DNA of 64,000 bases from Glycera tridactyla. Lineage: Eukaryota. Location of the stretch: positions 84,382,001-84,446,000 of the forward strand of contig OZ286467.1 in the NCBI GenBank assembly GCA_965644265.1. The letters are read 5' to 3'. Every line of letters begins with the position of its first letter. Position 1 is the stretch's first letter. Below the pieces are notes generated by a model that searched no databases, had not been told where the DNA came from, and saw only the letters and a list, made by a program, of their open reading frames with translations. Both the position numbers and the translations under genes were made by a program. Shown one piece after another: positions 53,471-64,000 of the stretch.

Positions 53471-53720
53471 GTGAGTACAAGCAAACTTATGGATATGCAA
53501 GATCCTGTTAGGGAGTGTTGCATGGTGGGTGAAAATTTGAAGGAGACAAAAACAATGTTATTCGGTCTACCTACCGAATTGATAGCTTATGGTAATGTCA
53601 CTCTAAATATTGAGAGAACTTACATAGAGACAAGAAATAGGATGAATTATTTGGGGATAGTGTTGGATCAATCTCTTTCTAAACGCCATCTCGCACACAT
53701 ACACACGAAGGTAGCTATCA
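53471..53720 (+). mobile_element. Short decayed LINE RT fragment
   Basis: ETKTMLFG...NYLGIVLDQSLS in ORF 53471-53869 matches the post-YADD KT..M.FG / YLG..LD motifs. Confidence 0.55.
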
Positions 53721-53871
53721 AGAATTCCCAAGTGCCTGGTACGTTGAGAGCATACGAGCCGAGTAGCGAGCCCCGGGGATGCACGAGTGGACGGAGGCCA
53801 CGAGTGCTTCCTGGGACCCACTTTGAGGTGTGTACGCTCGCAACGGGCTGGGCACGAGGGATATTCTGATC

Positions 53872-54688
53872 TTATCATCTGATGAATTCATTTCTAATGC
53901 AATTGATCATGATTAGTGAGCGAATTATCTAACGGCACTACTCACCGCGTTACTCTCGGCAGTGCAGAGTTGGGTTTGTTTATTGCTGTGACGTGACAAT
54001 CGAACATACGACACTGCCAGTCGACCTTTGAACTCGATTGTTATACGACCAATCAGCGTTGGCATGTGAGCATCATGTGATCCCAGTGCAAAAAATGAAA
54101 TACTAGCTGGGAGCTGGTACGCTCTCAGATTACTGCCCAGCGCCGAGGTGTACGGGAAGACGACGCTTACCAACACGCTAGACTCAACATCGGATGATAA
54201 TTAGAAAGAATGCACGTAGTGCCAGGTACGGAAGGAGTGTACATGCAGAGTAGCAATCACCGATGATGCCCGAGTAGCCGTAGGCGACGAGTGTGTCCCG
54301 GGGATTGCTTCGAGGCGTGTATGCTCCTTCCGTGCCCGAGACGAGTAGCATTCTGATCTTATCATCTGATGAATCCATTTATAATGCAGTTTATCTATAT
54401 CAGTGAGGGAAATTACTCTGTTACTTGCTTCAACAGGCTTTCCGACGGCACAAAGTGGGGTTTGTTTATTGCTGTGATGCAACAATCGAACGTGCGTCAC
54501 TGCCAGTTGACCTTTGAACTTGATTGTTTTACGACCAATCAGCGTTGGCGCACAAACATCACGTGATCTAAGTGCAAAATAATGAAAATACCAGCTGGGA
54601 GCTGGTATGCTCTCAGATTATTGCCAAGCGCCAAGGTTTAGGGGAAAACGATGCTTACCAACACTCTAGACTCGACATCGGATGATAA
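53872..54688. mobile_element. Two tandem ~330-bp MITE-like units (53872-54200 and 54359-54688)
   Basis: Each unit begins TTATCATCTGATG and ends CATCGGATGATAA (13-bp inverted ends), and the two align throughout. The spacer contains a 21-bp-arm inverted repeat (54226-54246 / 54315-54335). Confidence 0.7.
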
Positions 54689-56117
54689 ATTGATATGTTT
54701 CCGAGGAGATATGATTCTCTCTTTTAAGTATTGCCAGTATGCCATCCTCATCACATCACTATCGGAGTGTATGATTTTTGTTACTAACCCCATTTTCGTA
54801 CGTTGTATGTGATTGAATGGAGCGAACGAAAAGTTTAATCAATCAATTGGGTGGGATGAATCGTTTTTCTCTTGGTGATCCTGCCATGTGATCTTAGAAG
54901 GTCCTAATCATGCAAATATGAGTGGGCTATTTCATCTGAGCGATGACACTATTTGAAAGAGATGCACTGACTGATAATCCGCAGATTAGAGGATTGAATT
55001 GTTTTATTCGTCTATTTACTCTATTTCCATAAAATTGTTTTGACACATCAGATCAGATACAGGCACCACAAAGACAGTACTCAGTCAGTGCAAATTAAAT
55101 GCCTGAAATTCCATCAGTTTCTATGTAGTTGGTCAAAGGCTCGCATGCATCAATCTGATGGGTGATTGAAATTTGCATTGAAGAAACTTCTAAGGGATGT
55201 TAAGGTGGAGGGATTAATTCACGAACCGGAGTTCGATAAGTTGTCCAAATCGTATCATCCAGGAGGGAATGCTGCTTGTCGTAGAATCAACCTATACTGA
55301 TATGTTGGGGCCAAATGAGGCCCCATCAACACACATCGATTGACTGAAAAATTGACTGAAAATTTGAAACGTCTGGTGACGGAATTGACCAGTCCTCTCT
55401 GTCTACAAACTCATCCACCTCGGCCATTGGCATTGAACAATCACCAAACCGCATTTGTCGGCGACTCAAATCATGCTGTTCTAATCCCTAGCACTTAAAT
55501 ATAATGGTACATCGAGTTGGCAGTACTCACAATGTCGATGAATTCTTTATATATTGACAAACTCCTACGTAATTGCCTATCATCCATCAGGTAATTGTTG
55601 AGTGTGTTGCGTGCCATCACCAGGGGCATCTACTCCATCAACATTGTCATGTCTCATAAACACATAATTAATTCAATGCATACCCGTTCACGTGGTAGGG
55701 TCTCAGATGAAAGATTCGAGTTCTGCTGGGTAGTGAATCCTTCACATGCTTCTGGAGGATGGCTCTTCAACAGTGCAAGTAATCAATTTCAAGTAGCGAT
55801 GGGGTCATAAGACATCACATAGGTTTTTATTGGACTTCATTTCGTCATTTTGGAAGATCCCACATCCGGGATACATATTGCAAGCAGCCTTAGCTATAGA
55901 TATCTCAATCATTCCCGGCAATATGTCTCAACTAAAAACAGGCAACCCATCTCGATATAGGGTGAAAACGGGCCCAAATACCTGGTGGAGCAGGGCGCTT
56001 GAGGGCCAGAAAAAAGATGTATAAAAATATCCTCATGAAATGAATTTGCAAATGTTTGTTTGCGTTCCTTTTCAGATTAAGCCACAGCAACCTTACTGAT
56101 CTGATCAGTCAACCATC

Positions 56118-56971
56118 ATGGCAGCTACAAAGTTTCCAGGTACCTATGGAAGTCATTGGCAGTCATTTTTGTTTCTCCTGATGAGTGGTTCTGTAAATGG
56201 GCACAGCAAATACTACAATATTGAGGCCAGCGGCAATTTGGGTATAGAAGGATGCCTCATGGTGAGTGAAGGACCTATGAGTCGATTACAATGTGCACTC
56301 TTTTGTTCGATGAACCTGGGTGTGTGGCATTCTCTTCAGCTGATGCATGCAATGTCTATTGCAGTGGATTGACTGCTCAAATAGCACCCAAGACACCTAC
56401 CATCAGTCCAGCTCACAGTGTCTATGCAACAAGTGAGTGTTCAAGAAACTGCTGATCAAGATGATCCACTTTTCGCTCTGTATTTGTATTTGCTTTGCTG
56501 CAAAATCATTTCGGAATTTTATTGTCGAATTCAAATGAAATCCTCAGTGAATTTTATTGACAAGCTCTCGACCATTGCCCCCTCACCCCCAAAAAACCCA
56601 CAAATATGGAAAACATTTGTCTGGGCATGTATTGAATTCAGGAAATGTCAACAATTGTCAAACAGTCAACCATCTTGCTGAAGCCTTTCATATAATAGCG
56701 TTATACTGATGACGAACATACATTGTGATTGAGAAAGACTCATTATCCATTCAATCTATTGAGAAGTGTGATGATCTAATTCCAGCTGGTTATGCAGCAT
56801 GTGAGGCAGGATGGCTGTCTGTACCTGGTCATGGATGCTACAAAGCTGTGATTGACAAGATGGGCTGGGATGCTGCGCAGGCCAACTGTGATATGATGAA
56901 GGCTCATCTTGTCTGCTTCGAAACTGCAGGAGAAACTGATGCAGTTACAGCTATGCTGAGCAAAGAATTTG
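56118..56971 (+). pseudogene. Lectin gene C: exon 1 (56118-56432, frameshifted) and exon 2 (56786-56971); exon 3 not found
   Basis: 1-nt deletion near 56307 (TGT TC GAT GAA CCT versus TGT TTC AAT GAA CCT in gene A). The shifted frame continues EPGCVAFSSADACNVYCSGLTAQIAP. Exon 2 is an intact 186 nt with AG/GT ends. I found no exon 3 homologue downstream in the window. Confidence 0.8.
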
Positions 56972-57070
56972 GTAAGATTTTTGTTTGGTTCAGGCTGTCA
57001 CACTCCTCCTGGATGTGCTGCCATTTATCCTCTTACTAAATGTTCACATATTGCAATCATCTTACCTTGA

Positions 57071-57549
57071 ATTGAATTGAAAAAAACTTTATTTAGCTCT
57101 GGACAGGACAATCATGGTGAGTATATTGGTCCCTTAAGAGCCCAATTAACAAAGGCAGATAAAACTGTTCATACATGACAAGCGACATATCATCTACGAA
57201 TGTGTACATACAATGTACTCATCAAATCACGCAATCATATTCAAAAATGATCATCATACAGTATCCATTCTGATCAATAACTACCACATAAAATCATATC
57301 ACAGGGAGGTTACTGACGCCGCGAGAAGATTTTTATATCCTATGATTATAGCTCTAAACTGAGGCTAAACCTCTCAGACAATTGTGAAACAAAGTAATAG
57401 CAAGGATACATGTCAGGACGCATCCTTTGTGCAGCATGATTCACAAATACCAACGATGCCGGTACACCAAGGGCAACACATCAGTGAGCCACATGGGAGA
57501 GTATAAGTTGTTACCAGCAGTGAAGTACCTAGGGCAGCATGCCTATGAG

Positions 57550-57582
<33 letters not shown>

Positions 57583-58830
57583 ATCTATCTAGGCAGTTAT
57601 TTTTTTTAAGAGTTGCTAGGTAATAGTACTCCACCAACAGACACCACCCATCTCAATGGCATGTTCATCTATAATAGATATTTACCACTTGCCAGGACAC
57701 CTAGAGATTGATAGGGTACTAAGCGGGCAGAGCGGGCATTTATAGACCTATCCACTATTTCATAGGTGGGCATGCACATCAGCTCCAATTAAATGTGCCT
57801 TGAGGCAGCTTTTGAAAGAAGAGATTTCATTAATTGTACTGATATTTTCTGGAAGAGTGTTCCACAGGCGGGCCGCCTGAACGAAAAAGTTGCTCTCAGT
57901 TATTCTAAGTTTTAGCCTGGGTACTTGCAAAAATCCCCTAACAGAGCTACGGGTACTATGACAAGGGACACGCAAAGGGATAAATTTACTATTATAAATA
58001 TTACTCAGTCTAGTAGAGCAAACACCCTGCCTGATTTTATGAAATTCACAGAGAGCATGACATTTTCTGCGAGAGACGAGTGACATTAGATTCGCCTCGT
58101 CTAGCAGATCAGATGTCGCTGTTTGTGGATTCCTCCGCAGAGCTGCCCTGAGAGCATTGTTAAAAGAGACTTTCAGTCGGTTCTGTAAGTCTTGGTTAAT
58201 ACCAAGTAACAAGACATCAGCATAGTCATAGATTGGAAGAATCAGGCTCTTCACCAGGTAGAGGGCCAGGTCCTTGTCAATGAAACTACGTGTCCTCCAG
58301 AGAAGTGCAGTCCTACTTTTAATCTTAGACACAATTGAATCTACATGGATACTGAACGATAAATGACTATCGAGCTTGACACCCAAATATTTGTAGGTAT
58401 GCACTCTTTCAAAGCCCATGAAACTTGTTGCATTGGTGGTACAATGGTTCAATTTCGGCCGTGTGCCGAACAGCATAAATTTTGATTTAGATTGATTCAG
58501 CGTGAGACGATTAGCTCTAAACCATATTTCCATACTCGCCATGTCATATTGAAGTTTACGCATGACGGCTTGCTCATCTTTGCCTCTGGCCAGGATGGCC
58601 GTATCGTCTGCATACATATATATTTGGGTGTCAGTAGCTAGGGTGGCAATATCGTTTAGGTACAACACGAACAACAGAGGCCCCAGGATTGAACCCTGAG
58701 GCACTCCAAAAGAAATATCCATTTGTGGAGATTTTGCATCACCAAATTTTGTGCATTGCACCCTGTCACTAAGATATGAGCGGAACCAATTCACTGTTGA
58801 TGTCCTGAAACCAAGGTACCGCAGTTTTTC
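57071..58830 (-). mobile_element. Young 5'-truncated LINE (CR1/L2 group) inserted in intron 2 of gene C
   Basis: Open RT C-terminal frame at 57760-58794 (GVPQGSILGPLLF, YADD, YKYLGVKLD) extending to the junction (EKLRYLGF). The 3' end reads AATAAAGTTTTTTTCAATTCAATTCAA on the minus strand. Confidence 0.95.
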
Positions 58831-58968
58831 AAACTGATGCAGTTACAGCTATGCTGAGCGAAGAATTTGGTAAGATTTTTGTTTGGTTCAGGCTGTCACA
58901 CTCCTCCTGGATGTGCTGCCATTTATCCTCTTACTAAATGTTCACATATTGCAATCATCTTACCTTGA
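58831..58968 (+). repeat. 138-bp direct duplication of 56933-57070 flanking the LINE
   Basis: Identical except for one A/G difference. It contains the last 39 nt of exon 2, its GGTAAG donor and the start of intron 2. Confidence 0.95.
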
Positions 58969-60675
58969 TAGTGGATTACGTTTTTTTGAGTAGTAATGTC
59001 AAGAAATTGGATATGAAATGAGAGGTCAAGTCGATCCTCATCATATTCTTCCAACTGGAATCTTTGGTTGAATCGATTATTCAATGGAACAGAATTCCAC
59101 ACCTTACCCTGCTAGTGAGATCTAACCTATCTTGATATCGAATTGAAGACGGTAAAACTGGAAGGCCTTGCTGTACAGAACTTGAGTGAACCATGTATGG
59201 GAGCAATTAGATTATATATAATTTATGTGATGGAGATATCCGGATATGGGTGACAGCTGTATGCGGTTCAGAGCATAAGTTATGAAATATGCAGAAGTAG
59301 AAATGGCAATTTGAGAGGCTGAATGAATTCCATGAACTGCTATTCAATCACAGACGCAGGAATGATGAGTGGCTGCATAAATCTGAAAGTCGAAGGTACT
59401 TGAATATGACAAAAGAAACAACTGGCTCGTATATGTGGCTGTTGCTCTTGAGAATAAGTGCCTGGGTCACATCAGTCAACCATGTCAAGCATCAGTCAAC
59501 CATCGGTCAGTCATCAGCCGATCACCAGTTGCTGACTCGGACTAGAAACAACTGGCAAAATGGTTGACACAAATTAGTTTGCCTCTCAGATGAAGTCATG
59601 TTCTTGTGAACTGGATGGTGGATAGCAGAATATTCACTTTTCCTTAATGCTTCCGGTCTTGGAACTGTGTCAAGTGTTAAATAGTCAGGTGTTTTTTACC
59701 GTATCATAAACAAGTGAATCAGTGCATCGTAATCCTACGTAGAGTTGTCAATTTGTGATGCATGAACAGCAACATACAGCTGTAGACCTCAATAATACCC
59801 ATCATCAGCTACTTGATGTGATTTGTGATAGATTATTACTTGAACAGTCTGCACGGTTAGACAGAATTTCGATCTCTGCCCTTCCATGTGGTACCTCAAA
59901 TTATTGAAGTGTTGAGTTGTGTCAAACTAGTCTCATTCGTAGATGATCCATCGCCTCAGTTTTATGTATACCCTTATCAGGTCAAAAATCACCAACACTA
60001 AACTACTTTAACGGCTGGATGGGTTTTTAAACCGTTTGAAAATATTTTCAACTGACCTACCAAGGTTCGGTTGTCACACTTAGAGTAGGCGGGTGTGGTT
60101 GTGTTCACAGGCAGAGTGTGTGGAGTGTCTGTTGTGTTGGTTTTGGTGAGGGAGTGTGTTTGGTGCTGGAAGGTGTGGGTGTTCGTGTTGTGGTTGACAT
60201 CTTTGGTGGACGCTCTCATCTCGATCGTCTCTGATTTTTTTTTTCAGTTTTATGAGAAGATGTCACCTGTGGTGCAGACGGTTGGCTCATATTTTTCTTT
60301 TTTTGATTGGTATTCACGCGCATTTTCCTTTTCGATACCTCTTTTCAATTAGTGGCTGAATGGTTGTGCAACGTCTCTCCCGTCCCACGTGACAGCAAAA
60401 AACAGTTGCTCGTGGAGATGGAGAATCCAGTTTCTGGTTCAGATTCTGACCAGGGGCTGGATTGAAGCAGATGGATAGGTGCGGAAGTGCTTAGGGTGGG
60501 AACTGGTTCTGGTTCCTCTGGTACATTGAGGCGGGGTTGATGTGAAGGAGCCGGCCCTCACATTTCATTTGTCAGGTGGTATCCCAGATTGATGGAAGAT
60601 ACGGTATTGGTAGGTGTCCTTTTCTGTGCCCTCCACTAGTAAAAGGGGCAGGTAAATCCTCTTACCTGCTGCCTG

Positions 60676-63600
60676 TAGTCCATTGGCACAGGCCGACGTT
60701 TAGCTCAAACCTTGCAATTTGTGGTAACAATCATTTCTCTGCATCTCTGAGTACTCTAGACCATGTAGTCCAAGAATCCATCGGGTGTAATGATCACCCC
60801 TGTTTGGCATTATCAGAATCCAAAATGGCAGCCAAGATGGCCGCCAAATCACATATTGGCCATAACTTTTGAACCATACCACATAGAATTATCATTTTGG
60901 TGTCTAGGATACTGTTTTTTGGGTCAAGGAATCCATCTCTGGTGTCCACAAAAATCATTCAACCACCCCACATGGTCCAAATATGAGAAGTCAGCTAATA
61001 TGTTGAATCAAATCAGGAAAATGCTCGCAGCATTTTTGAACTACACACAAAAAAAATATCATTTTCAGTGTCTAGGATATGTTTTGGGGGATCACAGAAT
61101 CCATTTTTGATGTGCACATATGGATATTTAAGAAAACTTGCATTACCAGATGCTGCATATAAGGTGTTGCTACCACTGGATCATAAAGTGGACTTTCTCA
61201 AACCCCCTCCTGTAGACTACCTTCTTCATCATTATCAGTTGGCTTGGTAGTAGTGAATTTGTTCAAACATGATGGCCCGACCCCACAGGTACAAAATATT
61301 GTACACTGGATTTGGTGACCTATTCACCTCTTCACCCATAGTTCCCTCTTTTGCATGGTGTCTCAATCACAGCAAATAAGCTTGAGCATGTAATCTGAGG
61401 CCAGGCAAACACCTCCTGCCACAGTAATTGCAGAGAGTGACTTGTTAAAATTATTGGCTTCCCAGCCATTGTAGCATGGATTGACTGATCGGGGATCAGA
61501 ATCCAGTGTGGCATACCACTGCGCAACTTGAAAGTGTGCTTGTTTTATGTTCTGCATGAATGCTTCTGTGGTTGGTGACAGGGAAGAGAGTTCTGGTGCA
61601 CCAGAAGACTTAGCTCTCTTTTGTGCCAACAGCCACTTTCGGCAATCACTCAATGTTACACCTGATCCACCATATGCAGCAACCATGAAGTTAGTTGCCT
61701 CCTTCTCAACACCATCCCAAGGGCATCAATCACACCTGGGGACTTCAGGACAAACCCCTTGTTTAATATGTCAGCAGCCTTTGACTTGCCAATACCATAA
61801 TAAGCTGCTACTGTATCACAGCCACTGATAGCATGTATAACCAGGATTTGTGGGATGAGAGTAGGGTACATCTTGATTGTCGCAGGAATGTCAACACAAA
61901 CCCTACAATGAACCGATGGTTCCATCATCAAGGAGCGGAGGAACCAGACTTATAGTACTGGTAGCAGAGTGGTGTGAACACATCTGTATCATCTTAGATG
62001 ACACAGACATGAGAATTTGCAGAATTACATCTCCAGAGGGCATGCACGATGAGTCTTATGTCTCCTCATGAGTTGAGTACAACTAAAAGATCTGCTCTCT
62101 CTCCCCTGTGCACCACAGTTGGCACTGTCAGGACTGTTGAGTTTGTTTGTGACCCATATCCTGAACTTGTTGACAAAGGTATGGACAGTTCCTTTTGTGG
62201 GACAATTAATTGTCCACAGCACAGCAGAAACATCAACCACAATTACTGAAGGTTCTACCCATACCTTGGCAGATGTTTCAACTGCAATATAGTTCTTCAG
62301 ACATGCTTACCCAGTGGGGATCCGCATGCTTCCATCAGGGTCGAACATGGATGGAGGGTATGCTACTAGTTCCCAGCCAGGCACATCATTCAGGTCCGAC
62401 TACCGTTCACTCATCATCAGGCAAATTATACTTGCATGGATTGTCTCCTAGTCGATGACTGAAATATTGCCAACTTAAATGGCATTCCTCTTGGAGACTC
62501 AACAGTTTCAAGTTGTTCCTGGCTCTTCGACACTGCTTCATCAATGTTTACATTTGCAGGTGCTATGGCACCAGTGACAATGTTTATCTAAGTATCAGGT
62601 TGGCTGTCAGGATCTATTGAGCCAATACACTCTGACAGTGTATGACATAGACTCACGATCGTGTGTGTTAATATTGATCAGCCCACTTGTCTCTTCTTTG
62701 TGCTTCAGTTTTGGCATGCTGTCTTCACCAGTCATCATTTATAGGTCCCCAATCAGTGTCATGAATGCATGTTGGCTGTAGGACCATGTTGGGTTGGGTG
62801 ACTTCAATGACACCACTTGGACCCTTCTCGCTTCATCAATGTTGTTTCGATGAACTGATCTGATGGAATACCATTCCACAGCCCTTCCATGTGATGGAGA
62901 ATCTGCTCCCCATGAAGGAACTGCTGCTCAACTTCAGATGGGAGCAAAGTCCATGAGTGACTGAAGAAAATACCGTACTGTGCATAGTTGTGTTTGGGAA
63001 CAGCAAAAAGGTATGGCAGCATCTTGTTCATTGTGGTGATCAGGTGAGCATAGTCAGGTTCAAGAGAAAAATGAAATGTTGAGGTTTTAGGTCCACTTTT
63101 CTTCGAGTGATCGGAATAATAAGCAGTGATGGCTTATTCACTAGCTTAGTCCAAGCCATTGTTGTTTGACCTTTAATAGGGAGATCAGCCAGTAACTTTT
63201 CCAGTCCAGCCATATTGTTCAACTCATAGTTCTCAATGATTGGATGTAGCAGCTCTTCAGTGAGATAGCTGAGTGCTCAGATATTCTGAGGATATTTTCT
63301 TTCCCTCTAGTATCATGTCCACTGACTCAAAGGTTCCACACAGAATGGTCTTCAGACCGCTGTTAGCCATGAGTGTACCAATGCAGGATATGGAAACCAT
63401 GAGGAGGTGCATGAATGGGTATCACTTTTTCATGAGATCAGGAGTGGTTAAGAGAATGTCGACAATGACCTTGTAGATTTGCTGGTCTGCTGTCATGGCA
63501 AGGAACTTTTGATTTGCTTCTTGAGTGATACTCAAGCCATTGACAATGGCTGTGTTCACTGTGTCTGAGTCAGCTGGCTTCATAGCAAAGGCATGTAGCA
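60676..63600 (-). mobile_element. Decayed Academ(X)-like DNA transposon, 3' portion with terminal repeat
   Basis: Minus-strand fragments: MLPYLFAVPKHNYAQYG (62804-63031), WNGIPSDQFIETT, HAISGCDTVAAYYGIGKSKA (61656-61931), SPTTEAFMQNIKQAHFQVAQW...GW...LICC (61363-61686). The left end TAGTCCATTGGCA begins a ~330-bp match to 43795-44110. Confidence 0.72.
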
Positions 63601-63609
63601 CACAGCAGA

Positions 63610-64000
63610 TTTGCTGGCGGGTATTATTCCTACTTCCCTACAGATCTGAGTGTCGAACCTGTTGTGTCCAAGTGTACTTGCTTCTTTAAGCCCACTCAGT
63701 AAGAAATTGAAGTCCAGCTGTGCCGAAGACCCATTCTCGAATAATCTGATTTCACTTGCATCACTAGGGTTGACAACTGCCATCACGAAGGTAATAAATA
63801 ACTGTATTCATTCCCGAAAGTTTTTTTGATAGCTGGAAGCAAGCAATAATCATTCCAATTCCTAAAAACACTAAAAGTAGAGAACCGGGAGATTTTGGGC
63901 CAATCTCAGTCCTGCCCAGCCTCGGGAAGCTACTTGAACAGGTCATCAATGATCAGCTTGTTGCCTATCTTGACGAGAATAACACTGTGTCGAGGGCTCA
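63610..64000 (+). mobile_element. LINE RT N-terminal fragment running off the window
   Basis: Frame from ~63771 reads LTTAITKVINNC...DSWKQAIIIPIPKN...DFGPISVLPSLGKLLEQVINDQL, the classic WK.A.V.PI.K...YRPIS.LP...K.LE segment. Confidence 0.85.

Noticed and set aside
59998-60650. Minus-strand Thr/Pro/Ser-rich, coding-like stretch
   Set aside because: Multiple stops in all frames and no recognisable domain. Compositional bias is enough to explain it.

Overview
Repeat-rich, AT-rich eukaryotic DNA, most likely from an invertebrate animal (GT-AG spliced genes, LINEs, Penelope-like elements, MITEs, two N-gaps). The only host genes I can support are three paralogues of one secreted signal peptide + PAN/Apple-like + C-type lectin (CTLD) gene. 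Copy A (+, 22453-30607, 250 aa) and copy B (-, 50895-47882, 245 aa) splice into intact three-exon ORFs. Copy C (+, from 56118) is frameshifted, has a LINE inserted just after exon 2 with a 138-bp flanking duplication, and has no exon 3 that I could find in the window. The rest is largely mobile DNA: one intact APE+RT LINE ORF (6737-9610), several decayed LINEs, two Neptune-like Penelope elements facing each other, two Academ(X)-like DNA transposon relics, MITEs and two minisatellites. The most striking unannotated signal is a type I hammerhead ribozyme in the 3' region of both Penelope-like elements. Its two halves are separated by an insert of about 200 nt in stem III, and the two copies show compensatory base changes. 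All alignments and counts were done by eye and are approximate.
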